From Candidatus Zixiibacteriota bacterium (GTDB lineage Bacteria; Zixibacteria; MSB-5A5; WJJR01), in NCBI GenBank assembly GCA_016235085.1, contig JACRMA010000016.1, positions 10,425 through 74,424 on the forward strand: DNA of 64,000 bases. Direction: 5' to 3'. The notes beneath the pieces are model-generated. The model made no database searches and was not told the origin of the DNA. It saw only the letters and a list, made by a program, of their open reading frames with translations. Of this stretch, positions 54,990 through 64,000 are shown in pieces (within the stretch, counting starts at the first letter, position 1; the number at the start of each line of letters is the position of its first letter). The translations under genes and the position numbers were made by a program.

Positions 54990-57881
54990 TCAATTCCCGT
55001 TGGCAGGTTGCGTGACGGCTTTGGACTCACGCGCCGATGATCTCCGTTTCGACGAGTTCTTCGCGTTTAGTTCTTCGCGCAGGAATTGTCCCGTGTATGA
55101 CCTGGCACTGCGCGCGACCTCTTCCGGCGTGCCCACGGCGACAACCTCGCCGCCTTCTTCTCCACCTTCGGGCCCCAGGTCGATGATCCAGTCGGCGGTT
55201 TTGATGACATCGAGATTGTGCTCAATCACGACGACCGTATTGCCCCGCTCGACCAGCTCGTTGAGCACACCCAGGAGCATCTTGATGTCTTCGAAATGCA
55301 GCCCCGTGGTGGGTTCGTCCAGAATGTAAAACGTCCGGCCCGTCGCGGTCTTGGATAGCTCGGTGGAAAGTTTGACGCGCTGAGCTTCGCCACCGGAAAG
55401 CGTGGTGGCCTGCTGTCCGAGATGGATATATCCGAGCCCGACTTCGGAGAGCGTGAGCAGTTTCTTGTGAATGCGCGGGAAATTGGCGAAGAAATCGAGC
55501 GCTTCCTCAACGGTCATGTCGAGAACATCGGCGATGCTCCTCCCCTTGAATGTGACTTCAAGGGTCTCGCGATTGTAGCGCTTCCCCTTGCAGACTTCAC
55601 AAGGCACATAGACATCCGGCAGGAAGTGCATTTCAATCTTGATGATGCCGTCACCCTCGCAGGCCTCGCATCGCCCGCCCTTCACATTGAATGAGAACCG
55701 TCCAGGGGCGTAGCCGCGAATCTTGGCTTCCGGAAGTTGCGCAAAAAGATCGCGAACGAAGGTGAAGACGCCGGTGTAGGTGGCGGGATTCGAGCGTGGG
55801 GTGCGGCCGATGGGAGACTGGTCGATGTCGATCACCTTGTCGATCGCTTCCAATCCTGAGACGCCGCGGTAAACCAGCGGTGTGGTCTTGGCGCCATAGA
55901 ATCGCTCGGCCAACACGCGATACAGAGTCTCGTTAACCAGTGTCGATTTGCCGGACCCCGAGACACCGGTCACGCAGGTGAGAACGCCGAGCGGAAAATC
56001 GACGCTGATCTCCTTGAGATTATTCCCTTTCGCTCCGGCAATACGAACCTGCTGGCCGTTCCCGTGACGCCGTTCACGCGGTACAGGAATCTTCTTTGTG
56101 CCGGCGAGATACTGTCCGGTCAAAGACGCCGGTGTGCGGCGGATCGTTGACGGTGGTCCGCTGGCGACGACCCAACCGCCCTGTTTGCCGGCACCTGGGC
56201 CAAGATCAATCACGTAATCTGCCGACTCAATCGTCTCGCGATCATGCTCCACGACGAGCACCGTGTTGCCCAGATCCCGCAGCCCAAGAAGTGTGTTCAA
56301 CAGACGGCGATTATCGCGCTGGTGAAGCCCGATCGACGGCTCATCTAAGATGTAGAGCACACCGACCAGCCGTGAGCCGATCTGAGTCGCGAGCCGTATT
56401 CGCTGTGCCTCGCCGCCCGACAGTGTTTGTGCGGAGCGATCGAGGGTGAGATAGTCAAGACCGACGTCGATAAGGAAGCTGAGTCGCTGGTTGATCTCTT
56501 TGAGAATCTGCCGCGCGATGTGTCGTTCGCGCGGACCTAATTTCATATCGGAGAAGAACTTCACGGCGCCTTTGATGGGCAGTTGCACGACATCATTAAT
56601 CGACCGGTCATTGACGCGAACCGCGAGCGCTTCGGGTTTCAGCCGGGCGCCGTTGCAAGCCGGGCAGGGGATAAAGCGCATGTACTGCTCAATCCACTGC
56701 CGTACCGCGTTCGATTCGGTTTGCCGGTAGCGGCGCTCGAGATTGGGGATTACGCCCTCGAACTTCCCGGTGAATTCACCTTTGCCCCTGCCGTCGCGAT
56801 TCTCATAGCGGAACGTGAATTCTTTGTGGCCGGAACCGTAGAGGATGACACGCTGCGCTTCTTTGGAAAGATCACAGAAACGCGTGCGGAAGTTGAAGTT
56901 GAAGTGAGCGGCTACCCCACGCAAAAGGAAGCGATACCAGTTGGCAGGATCCTCCCCCCACGGTTCAATCGCGCCCTCGAAGATGGACAAAGTTGGATTG
57001 GGGACGATGAGTCCGGGATCAATCTCCATCTTATTCCCCAGCCCGCTGCACGTCGGGCAAGCACCGAACGGGGAGTTGAACGAAAACAGGCGCGGCGCCG
57101 GCTCTTCAAAAGAGATTCCGCACTCGGGACAGGCGGAGCTCTCCGAGAAGACATGTTCTTCACCGCCATCAATTGCCACTCGGGCAGCACCGCCCGCCAG
57201 CCGCAAGGCGGTTTCCAGTGAGTCTGCCAGGCGTGATTTGACAGACGGGCCGGACACGAGACGGTCCACCACCGCCTCGATTGTGTGTTTGGTTTTCTTG
57301 TTCAGAGTTGGCGTATCTTCGAGGTCGACGATCTTGCCGTCGACACGAACCCGGACGAGCCCTTTCTTCTTGATCTGTTCAAAGACCTCGCGGTGCTCAC
57401 CTTTGCGTCCTTCGACCAGTGGGGCAAGAATCACAAATCGGGTCTTGGCCGGCAGTTGCATCAAATGATCGACCATTTGCGAGACGGTCTGCCGCCGGAT
57501 GGGGCGGTTGCAACGGAAGCAATGTGGGACACCGATGCGCGCGAACAGCAGGCGCAGGTAGTCGTAGATCTCGGTTACCGTCCCCACGGTGGAGCGCGGG
57601 TTCTTCGCCGAAGTCCGTTGTTCGATGGAGATTGCCGGTGAAAGGCCGTCGATAAAGTCGACATCCGGCTTTTCCATAAGTCCCAGGAATTGCCGTGCAT
57701 ACGCAGACAACGACTCGACGTAACGGCGCTGGCCTTCGGCATAAATCGTGTCAAAAGCGAGTGACGACTTGCCTGAGCCGGATAAGCCTGTGATTACCAC
57801 GAGCTTATCCCGTGGAATCTTCAGGTCGATCGATTGGAGGTTGTGTTCCCTTGCGCCTTTGATCTCTATGAAACCACTCAT
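54990..57881 (-). CDS. uvrA: Excinuclease ABC subunit A
   Basis: Two ABC ATPase modules ([39 protein letters not shown]), zinc-finger Cys clusters and LSGGE signatures. 963 aa. Confidence 0.95.
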   Translation of the reverse strand: MSGFIEIKGAREHNLQSIDLKIPRDKLVVITGLSGSGKSSLAFDTIYAEGQRRYVESLSAYARQFLGLMEKPDVDFIDGLSPAISIEQRTSAKNPRSTVGTVTEIYDYLRLLFARIGVPHCFRCNRPIRRQTVSQMVDHLMQLPAKTRFVILAPLVEGRKGEHREVFEQIKKKGLVRVRVDGKIVDLEDTPTLNKKTKHTIEAVVDRLVSGPSVKSRLADSLETALRLAGGAARVAIDGGEEHVFSESSACPECGISFEEPAPRLFSFNSPFGACPTCSGLGNKMEIDPGLIVPNPTLSIFEGAIEPWGEDPANWYRFLLRGVAAHFNFNFRTRFCDLSKEAQRVILYGSGHKEFTFRYENRDGRGKGEFTGKFEGVIPNLERRYRQTESNAVRQWIEQYMRFIPCPACNGARLKPEALAVRVNDRSINDVVQLPIKGAVKFFSDMKLGPRERHIARQILKEINQRLSFLIDVGLDYLTLDRSAQTLSGGEAQRIRLATQIGSRLVGVLYILDEPSIGLHQRDNRRLLNTLLGLRDLGNTVLVVEHDRETIESADYVIDLGPGAGKQGGWVVASGPPSTIRRTPASLTGQYLAGTKKIPVPRERRHGNGQQVRIAGAKGNNLKEISVDFPLGVLTCVTGVSGSGKSTLVNETLYRVLAERFYGAKTTPLVYRGVSGLEAIDKVIDIDQSPIGRTPRSNPATYTGVFTFVRDLFAQLPEAKIRGYAPGRFSFNVKGGRCEACEGDGIIKIEMHFLPDVYVPCEVCKGKRYNRETLEVTFKGRSIADVLDMTVEEALDFFANFPRIHKKLLTLSEVGLGYIHLGQQATTLSGGEAQRVKLSTELSKTATGRTFYILDEPTTGLHFEDIKMLLGVLNELVERGNTVVVIEHNLDVIKTADWIIDLGPEGGEEGGEVVAVGTPEEVARSARSYTGQFLREELNAKNSSKRRSSARESKAVTQPANGN

Positions 57882-58346
57882 GTCTCCGCGTCCTCGGTGC
57901 TGAGGTTGGGAAAACCCGAACTGGGTAATCTACCCAACCGCCACCGGTTCCGCAATCATTTGGACGAATTTGTCACTACGAAGATTTGGTGGATGGAATA
58001 ACGTGCCGTGTCGTGGGTAGAGTATCGCGGCCACATGTACTCAGTGGTGGGGGAAAAGGATGCATTGGGTTGATCTGGCGTATGGGACGGACAGGATTAA
58101 GAAGATTGAAATCGGACACCCTTGGGATCGCGGGCAGATCAACCATGTGCCGAAAACCAACGGGACGAAGCACGTGCGACTGCGTGAGTCGAGATTCTTG
58201 CCCGGCAAAAAGCGTTTGACCCGAGGCTTTGGAGTTGTTTAATTGTGGCTCGTTTTTTTCGGGAGACCGGATTGACCCTCGTTTTGGATGAAAACATGCA
58301 TGGAGCCGAGAAGACAGGGGGAATGCCTTTGGAACTGACGAGACAG

Positions 58347-59807
58347 ATGAAGTCCATGTGGGGCAGAGCGTTCGTGATGATCATGGGATTGGCCATGTTC
58401 GCGACTTCCAGTTCCTTCGCCGGCGGTTTGTCCTATGCCGGAGTCGGGGTCAGGGCGCGGGCAATGGGCGGTGCCTTCCGGGGTGTTGCTGATGACTGGA
58501 GCGCCGCCAGTTACAATCCGGCCGGGCTGGCCTTCATGAAGGCCAGCGAATTGAACGTCTCGCTGGGGACTTATACCCCCGGTTTGGCGTATACCCCAAA
58601 CCTGTCCGCCAACGGTTACGACATGGGGTTCAAGGACCGGCAGAAGCGTTATCCGCTCGACGAACTCTTTCCGATTCCCTCTTTTGGCGGTGTCGGTGTC
58701 CCCTCGGAATCCAAAGGCTGGGTGTTCGGCGGCGCGATCTACTGGACACAGGACGCCAATTATGGATGGGACCTGTTCAAGGCGCCCGACACTTATTACA
58801 ACGATTATCAGTTCGCGGAGGGTAATTTCCGGACGGATCTCGATGTGATCGATTTTCACCCGGTTGCCGCGAAGAAGATCAACGACAATCTGTCGGTCGG
58901 TGCCGGTTTGTCGCTGACGAATGGGGATCTGGTCTTCCGGAAGGTCCTGTTCGTCGCGAATCCGTTCGGGGCACCATTTGACGATTATCCTTACGACCAT
59001 TTCCTTGGGGATTTCCGGATTGACGGCAAGGGGTTCTCGGTTGGTGCCAATGGCGGCGTTCTCTGGAAGTTGAACGACAAAGTTTCGCTCGGGATCAGTG
59101 CGCAGACGCCGGTCACGATCAAGGTTAAGGGGAACGCGACGTTGAGCATGGCATGGCCAAAAAACACTGCCTTGGCCACGAAGCAGTTGACGGTTGTGGT
59201 GGAGGGTGACACTCTTAAGCCGGATGTGTTCTTTTCTGGCAATTACAGCATTGGGAATTCCCGGAAGTCCGATGACTTCCGGCCCTTCAAGATGGATCTG
59301 CATCTCCCGGCGCAGTTGGGAGCGGGATTGGGCTGGACGGCCTCTTCCAAGCTGACTCTGGCCTTTGATGCCGTGGTGACGTTCTGGTCGGTGATGGACA
59401 AGTGGGTCATCAATTTCGAGGACGGCGGTTTGAACACCGGGGTGTCACACCTCGACAAGGTTGAAGTCCCCTTCAACTGGAAGGATCAGATTCGCCTGTC
59501 GGCCGGTGCCGAGTACATGGCGCGTGAGGATCTGGTGCTGCGCGGTGGACTCTACTACGACGGGACCGCGGCGCCGGATTCCACATTCGGTCCAGGTTTC
59601 CCGGACGTCGGCAACCGGGTTGGCCTGACGTTTGGCGGATCGTACATGCTCAATGGACATTTCGAAGTGGGTGTGGCTGAGGATCTCGGTTTTTACTCGA
59701 AGCGTAATGTTCCAACCTCCGCCAATGGCGTGGGGCAGACGGTTTATCCCGGCGAATACAGTGCACTGAGAGTTGAGACACTTCTGTCGATGACATACCG
59801 GTTCTAA
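58347..59807 (+). CDS. Outer membrane FadL/OmpP1/TodX family hydrophobic-compound transporter
   Basis: Signal peptide MKSMWGRAFVMIMGLAMFATSSSFA, FadL N-terminal signature GVGVRARAMGGAFRGVADDWSAASYNPAGLAF, and a C-terminal aromatic residue (YRF). Confidence 0.78.
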   Translation: MKSMWGRAFVMIMGLAMFATSSSFAGGLSYAGVGVRARAMGGAFRGVADDWSAASYNPAGLAFMKASELNVSLGTYTPGLAYTPNLSANGYDMGFKDRQKRYPLDELFPIPSFGGVGVPSESKGWVFGGAIYWTQDANYGWDLFKAPDTYYNDYQFAEGNFRTDLDVIDFHPVAAKKINDNLSVGAGLSLTNGDLVFRKVLFVANPFGAPFDDYPYDHFLGDFRIDGKGFSVGANGGVLWKLNDKVSLGISAQTPVTIKVKGNATLSMAWPKNTALATKQLTVVVEGDTLKPDVFFSGNYSIGNSRKSDDFRPFKMDLHLPAQLGAGLGWTASSKLTLAFDAVVTFWSVMDKWVINFEDGGLNTGVSHLDKVEVPFNWKDQIRLSAGAEYMAREDLVLRGGLYYDGTAAPDSTFGPGFPDVGNRVGLTFGGSYMLNGHFEVGVAEDLGFYSKRNVPTSANGVGQTVYPGEYSALRVETLLSMTYRF

Positions 59808-59818
59808 TGGATGAGGCA

Positions 59819-61162
59819 ATGATGAGAATCTCGAAACGACATACCAAATCTGGTCTCGGCGCCGCGCTCGCGATCCTCGCGGTTGTGTATGGTTGCTCAC
59901 AGGGTGACAATCCGGTTGATCCTGCCCGGCCGACCCCCGGAGTGGCCGGAACCCAGATTCTTGGGTTCCCGGTTCTGGCCAATAATCCGTGGAATGATCC
60001 GACTGGCCGGGTTCTCTCGGTGGCTTTTGCTTCTGATGCCTCCCTGAACGTGCCCCAACAGCCCTTTCCGGTTCTCTACCTGCTTCACGATTTCGATGGT
60101 GACGCCAAGTACTTCGAGCAATACAATTTACAGGGTATTCTCGAGGATCTTTATCGCAATGGCGAGATTGGCCGGATGATGGTCGTGACGGTTGATGCCG
60201 GCAATTTCTTCAAAGGCTCCTACTATCGCAATTCGGCAGCGTCGGGACAGTATGCGGATCTGGTCGGCAGCGTCATCGCGCACGTCGAGCGGACCTTCCG
60301 CGTGTACACACAGGGTGGTCGTTCGGCGCGGGCGATCGCGGGGCATGGCATGGGAGGATTCGGTGCGATGCGGTTCGCCATGGATCGGCCGGACCTGTTT
60401 GGATCTGTCTCTTCGATGTCCGGGCCACTCTCGCTGGGTGGAGCCGATGGCAATTCGGGCGTGTTCACCTGGATCGATTCAGTTTTCGCTGAGAACAATG
60501 TGACGACCGGGAACGACTCGGCGTACCTGCAGATCTTCCCGTCGTGGGACCGTAAGTACACTCGGCGGCTGATCGCGATGGCCATCGCGTTCTCGCCGCA
60601 CGCTCTCGAGCAGTTGGTTCTTCCCCCGCCACACGATACATGCTGGGTGTGCAAACGGCCGCTGGGACTCTGCGACGGCCCCTGGCAATACGAACCTTGC
60701 GCGCCCTGTTCCTCATTCACCCGATTCGACGCCTATTCGACGACGATCAAGATCGCAACGCTTGAGAAGAAGCGGACTTGCGTCGACACTTCGATCTTCG
60801 TCAACCCGAAGCCTCTGGGAGTTGACCTTCCGTTCGATTCCCGGCGCGAAAAGATCGCCGCGGTTTGGCCGCTCTGGCAATCCCAGGACATCAAGAGTTG
60901 TTTTGTCGCCAATCCTCATATCTTCGACAGCACGGCGGTGTATTTCGACTGTGGTGTTGACGATGATGAGCGGGAGTGGGGATACATCTCCCAGAACCGT
61001 GACTTCAATACCGCGATGGCGGGCACACCGCATGTCTATGAGGAGTATCAGGGATTCGGTGGCGTGCCGGCGGGACATTCCCAGTTCCTTCAAGAGCGTC
61101 TCCGCGAGATCATTAAGTTCCACGACAAACAGTTCAAGCACGCGCCGGGACCACCCCGCTAA
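59819..61162 (+). CDS. Esterase family alpha/beta hydrolase lipoprotein (enterochelin esterase/S-formylglutathione hydrolase-like)
   Basis: Lipobox LAVVYGCSQG and nucleophile elbow AGHGMGGFGA. Start at MMRIS preferred, with ATG 59807 as the alternative. Confidence 0.7.
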   Translation: MMRISKRHTKSGLGAALAILAVVYGCSQGDNPVDPARPTPGVAGTQILGFPVLANNPWNDPTGRVLSVAFASDASLNVPQQPFPVLYLLHDFDGDAKYFEQYNLQGILEDLYRNGEIGRMMVVTVDAGNFFKGSYYRNSAASGQYADLVGSVIAHVERTFRVYTQGGRSARAIAGHGMGGFGAMRFAMDRPDLFGSVSSMSGPLSLGGADGNSGVFTWIDSVFAENNVTTGNDSAYLQIFPSWDRKYTRRLIAMAIAFSPHALEQLVLPPPHDTCWVCKRPLGLCDGPWQYEPCAPCSSFTRFDAYSTTIKIATLEKKRTCVDTSIFVNPKPLGVDLPFDSRREKIAAVWPLWQSQDIKSCFVANPHIFDSTAVYFDCGVDDDEREWGYISQNRDFNTAMAGTPHVYEEYQGFGGVPAGHSQFLQERLREIIKFHDKQFKHAPGPPR

Positions 61163-61185
61163 TCCGCGATTCCAGCAAAGACTAC

Positions 61186-61222
61186 GCCCCGTCTTCAGAA
61201 TGAGGACGGGGCGATTTCTTTG
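61186..61222. terminator. Intrinsic (bidirectional) terminator between convergent esterase and histidine kinase genes
   Basis: CGCCCCGTC-TTCAGAATGA-GACGGGGCG followed by ATTTCTTTGT. Confidence 0.8.
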
Positions 61223-61245
61223 TGGGAGGCAGATACCGCCCGAAC

Positions 61246-62838
61246 TCACGTAGGAAGCGATCGCGCTCGGCTGGGCGCGGCCGGCGGAAATTCGACGATG
61301 AATTCCGCTCCGCCATTGGGACCTGAACCGGCGGCCACGCGGCCAACAATTCGATGAACGGCGAGAAGTCCGAAGCCGTGCTTGCCTGGTTTGCTGGAGA
61401 CCGTCTGATTGAAGAGGCACGGCCGCACTTTCGGCGCCAAACCGGGTCCGTCGTCGGCAATACGGATGCGCACAAGTCCATCGTCGTGGGCGTATTCCGT
61501 GCCGATCCAAATCGTGCTATGTGCCCCGGCGGTTTCGGCCAGTGCCTCCGCCGAATTGAGCAGGAGATTGTAAATTGCCTGCTGGATGTCGGCGGGATTG
61601 CACGTGACCGGCGGGAGGTTGGATGAAAGGTCGGTCTTGAAGATTACCTTCTTGAATGTTCGCTGCGGCCGGAGGAAGGCCACCAGATTGGTCAGGAAGG
61701 AATTGATATCCAACTGTGCGGTCGCTCCCCCGCGATGACAGGCGCTGAGCATGTCGTCCGTAAAGACCCGTACACGATCCAGCGATTGACGAATGTTGTT
61801 CAGGCAGCGGCCCGCCTTCTCTGGATGTCCATTTCCCAAGTGCATTTCGAGCAACTCTGCGTTGCCCGACAAGACGGCCAGGTGGTTGTTCAGTTCGTGG
61901 GCGATTTCCGCGGCCATCTCGCCCTTGGCGGCGAGCCGGTCGCGCTGGATGGCTTGTTCCTCCCGCGAACGGGACTCTGTCCGATCTTCCAATAGCCACA
62001 GGCCCGCGGGCTCCTCATTGCCGCCACCGGCAATCGGCGTGACCGTTGCGCGGCAGAGCAGATTGCGACCATCGAGTCCGCGGAGTTCCAGTTCGCCTGC
62101 CCAGGGATCTCCTGCTCCCAACGCAGCCTCGATTGTCGAGACGGCTTCCGGTGCGACCGGGCAAAGCCACGCCCAGATATTGCGGCTGTGGGAATCGCCG
62201 AAGAGGCGTGTGGCTGCCGGATTGGTGAGGCGGACATTGTGACTCGCATCGGTCAGCACGACGGGGTAGGGCGAGACGGTCAGGAAGCAGTCGCGAGTTG
62301 ACAGGGCCGCTTCCAGTTGGTCATTCGTGGATTCCAGATGCGCGAGCAGCTCTTTGAGACGATCCCGTGCCTGCTCGAGGGTGGCGTTCTTCTCTTCCAG
62401 TTCCTGCAGCCGGGCAGCGTCAATGTCCCTGATCCGTGCGGTCAGCACCCGCAATATCTTGGTGGCCACCGCAGGGTGCTTGGCGAGAATCTCGTAGAAC
62501 GCATCGCGCGACAATGTGAAGAAGTCACATTCGCCCACGCACACGACTGTTACATTGCGGGGCGAAGAATCGATTAACGCTGTTTCGCCGAGCATGTCGC
62601 CGGGACCGCGACGTCCCACTTCGTACAGCACACCATCGCGAACCCGCTGCAGACGGACATTGCCCCGCCGCACGACATAGAGTTTATCGCCTGTCTCACC
62701 TTCGCGAAAGACCGTCAGGCCGGCCGCCAGATGTTGTTCTTCAAGATACTGGCGGATTGAAGCGAGATAATCGGTGGGCAGGTCCATGAAGACCTCGGCC
62801 CGAACCAGCACCATGCGAGCAGTATCCGTCAATTTCAT
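61246..62838 (-). CDS. Sensor histidine kinase with N-terminal cyclic-nucleotide-binding (CAP effector) domain and PAS-like region
   Basis: cNMP-binding fold (FREGETGDKLYVVRRGNVRL ... GDMLGETALID ... RNVTVVCVGECDFFTLSRDAF), coiled-coil, HisKA H-box EIAHELNNHLAVLSGNAELLE, and HATPase_c (IADDGPGL, GFGLLAVHRIV). Start at the ATG at 62838. Confidence 0.85.
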   Translation of the reverse strand: MKLTDTARMVLVRAEVFMDLPTDYLASIRQYLEEQHLAAGLTVFREGETGDKLYVVRRGNVRLQRVRDGVLYEVGRRGPGDMLGETALIDSSPRNVTVVCVGECDFFTLSRDAFYEILAKHPAVATKILRVLTARIRDIDAARLQELEEKNATLEQARDRLKELLAHLESTNDQLEAALSTRDCFLTVSPYPVVLTDASHNVRLTNPAATRLFGDSHSRNIWAWLCPVAPEAVSTIEAALGAGDPWAGELELRGLDGRNLLCRATVTPIAGGGNEEPAGLWLLEDRTESRSREEQAIQRDRLAAKGEMAAEIAHELNNHLAVLSGNAELLEMHLGNGHPEKAGRCLNNIRQSLDRVRVFTDDMLSACHRGGATAQLDINSFLTNLVAFLRPQRTFKKVIFKTDLSSNLPPVTCNPADIQQAIYNLLLNSAEALAETAGAHSTIWIGTEYAHDDGLVRIRIADDGPGLAPKVRPCLFNQTVSSKPGKHGFGLLAVHRIVGRVAAGSGPNGGAEFIVEFPPAAPSRARSLPT

Positions 62839-63070
62839 GTAGCGTCCCGCCTTTGGATCGCAGTCATCGTGCTTCGGCGATATTCGATAGTACTCGCCTC
62901 TTCCAAAGTATCGGCCTGTACTTGACCGGCATTCACGATCAAATCCCAATCGTGTCACCCGTCACGATCGGGGCTCGTAACTGAAGCGCATTCGCTGGCA
63001 AAATGAGAGATTTAGGTGTGGAAATCCTATGGAGCGTTCAGAATCTGCACAGTTGTGCAATCTGAGCACG

Positions 63071-64000
63071 CTATAGGAACTTGACTTTGCGGGCTTGGGC
63101 GGTCAATTCATCCCGGAATTTCGGATGGGCAATCTCGATCAGGGCTTTGGCGCGCTCCCGTATTGACCGTCCATGCAAATAGGCGACACCGAATTCGGTC
63201 ACCACATAGTGCACATCGCCACGGCTCGTGACAACGCCCGCGCCCTCGTCCAGATGGAGACTGATCCGGCTCAGGGTGTCATTCTTCGCCGTCGACGGCA
63301 GCGCAATAACCGGCTTGCCGCCACGGGACCGGGCTGCGCCACGGATGAAGTCGACCTGTCCTCCGAAGCCGGAGTAGATCGAGTATCCGATGGAATCAGC
63401 GCACACCTGGCCGGTCAGATCAACCTGCAGCGCCGAATTGATCGCGACCATCTTGTCGTTCTTGGCGATGATGAATGGGTCGTTCACGTAGCTGACCGGG
63501 TGGAACTCGCAGATGGGGTTGTTGTCGATGAAGTCGTACAACGTGCGTGACCCGAGGACAAAGGATGCCACGATCTTTCCGGGATGAAGTGTCTTCTTCT
63601 CGTTGTTGATGATTCCCTGGCGCACGAGATCAATCACGCCGTCGGAGAACATTTCGGTGTGAATGCCCAGGTCCTGCTTGCCCTGGAGATGGAACAGCAC
63701 GGCATCCGGAATCCCGCCGATTCCCATTTGCAGGGTCGACCCGTTCTCGATCAATTCGGCCACGTGGGCGCCGATCTGAGAGTGGAGATCGGTCATGTGC
63801 AGGCGGGGGAGCTCCAGCATGGGGCGGTCAACCGCCACGATATGGTCGAGCTTGTGGAGATGGATGAAGCTGTCACCCAGAGTGCGTGGTGTCTGCCGGT
63901 TGATTTCGGCAATGACGATTTTGGCGTTCTCGGCGGCGGGCTTCGTCATGTCGATTCCAACACCAAACGAACAGAAGCCGTGTTCATCCGGTGGTGACAC
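63071..64000 (-). CDS. 4-hydroxybutyrate CoA-transferase / acetyl-CoA hydrolase-transferase family protein; N-terminal part beyond window
   Basis: C-terminal domain motifs of the Cat2/AbfT family (SALQVDLTGQVCADSIGYSIYSGFGGQVDFIRGA, HYVVTEFGVAYLHGRSIRERAKALIEIAHPKFRDEL). The ORF is open to the window edge. Confidence 0.75.
   Translation of the reverse strand: MSPPDEHGFCSFGVGIDMTKPAAENAKIVIAEINRQTPRTLGDSFIHLHKLDHIVAVDRPMLELPRLHMTDLHSQIGAHVAELIENGSTLQMGIGGIPDAVLFHLQGKQDLGIHTEMFSDGVIDLVRQGIINNEKKTLHPGKIVASFVLGSRTLYDFIDNNPICEFHPVSYVNDPFIIAKNDKMVAINSALQVDLTGQVCADSIGYSIYSGFGGQVDFIRGAARSRGGKPVIALPSTAKNDTLSRISLHLDEGAGVVTSRGDVHYVVTEFGVAYLHGRSIRERAKALIEIAHPKFRDELTAQARKVKFL

Overview
This is a 64-kb window of a high-GC (about 63-65%) bacterial chromosome, gene-dense on both strands. 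A type-A T9SS C-terminal sorting domain on a large M4 metalloprotease, a SusC-like TonB receptor and a serine-palmitoyltransferase-like alpha-oxoamine synthase point to an FCB-group lineage (a Bacteroidota/Rhodothermia- or Gemmatimonadota-like organism). That placement is tentative.

Main content, in order:
- A partial polytopic membrane/TPR protein.
- An extended-SDR epimerase plus a GT2 glycosyltransferase.
- A TlpA-like redoxin lipoprotein, a secreted beta-propeller protein and a class-V aminotransferase.
- A divergent pair of an NAD-dependent reductase and an SPT/CapB-like alpha-oxoamine synthase.
- A REP-associated tyrosine transposase with cognate REP palindromes around a small lipoprotein gene.
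- A complete Rrf2-regulated suf operon (sufC-sufB-sufD-Rieske-sufS-sufU-sufT-MOSC) in which sufB looks disrupted.
- A T9SS-secreted M4 protease and a DksA-zinc-finger/PP2C phosphatase fusion.
- An aldo-keto reductase, a YHS-like metal-binding protein and a hexaheme cytochrome c.
- A POT peptide transporter and a frameshifted prolyl oligopeptidase.
- A methyltransferase, a GIY-YIG protein, a DinB protein and a C1 cysteine peptidase.
- carAB, a DUF523/DUF1722 protein and a TonB-dependent receptor.
- An Ntn-hydrolase-like membrane protein and a Ser/Thr kinase with TPR repeats, next to tRNA-Ser(GCU).
- A ComB-like phosphatase, gcvT, an aconitase, uvrA, a FadL-family porin and an esterase.
- A cNMP-binding sensor histidine kinase and a partial 4-hydroxybutyrate CoA-transferase.

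The less ordinary signals are structural:
- A REP-RAYT locus (REPtron).
- A two-copy dual GNRA-hairpin repeat element, with a tandem expansion at one copy.
- A 110-nt repeat family present three times, linked to a tandem array of tRNA-Ser 3'-end-like fragments and a duplicated kinase 5' end.
- A 145-nt multi-hairpin structured element with a G9 tract upstream of the PP2C gene.
- A 300-nt nested palindrome upstream of tRNA-Ser.
- At least three genes with apparent frameshifts (sufB, POP, STK-TPR).
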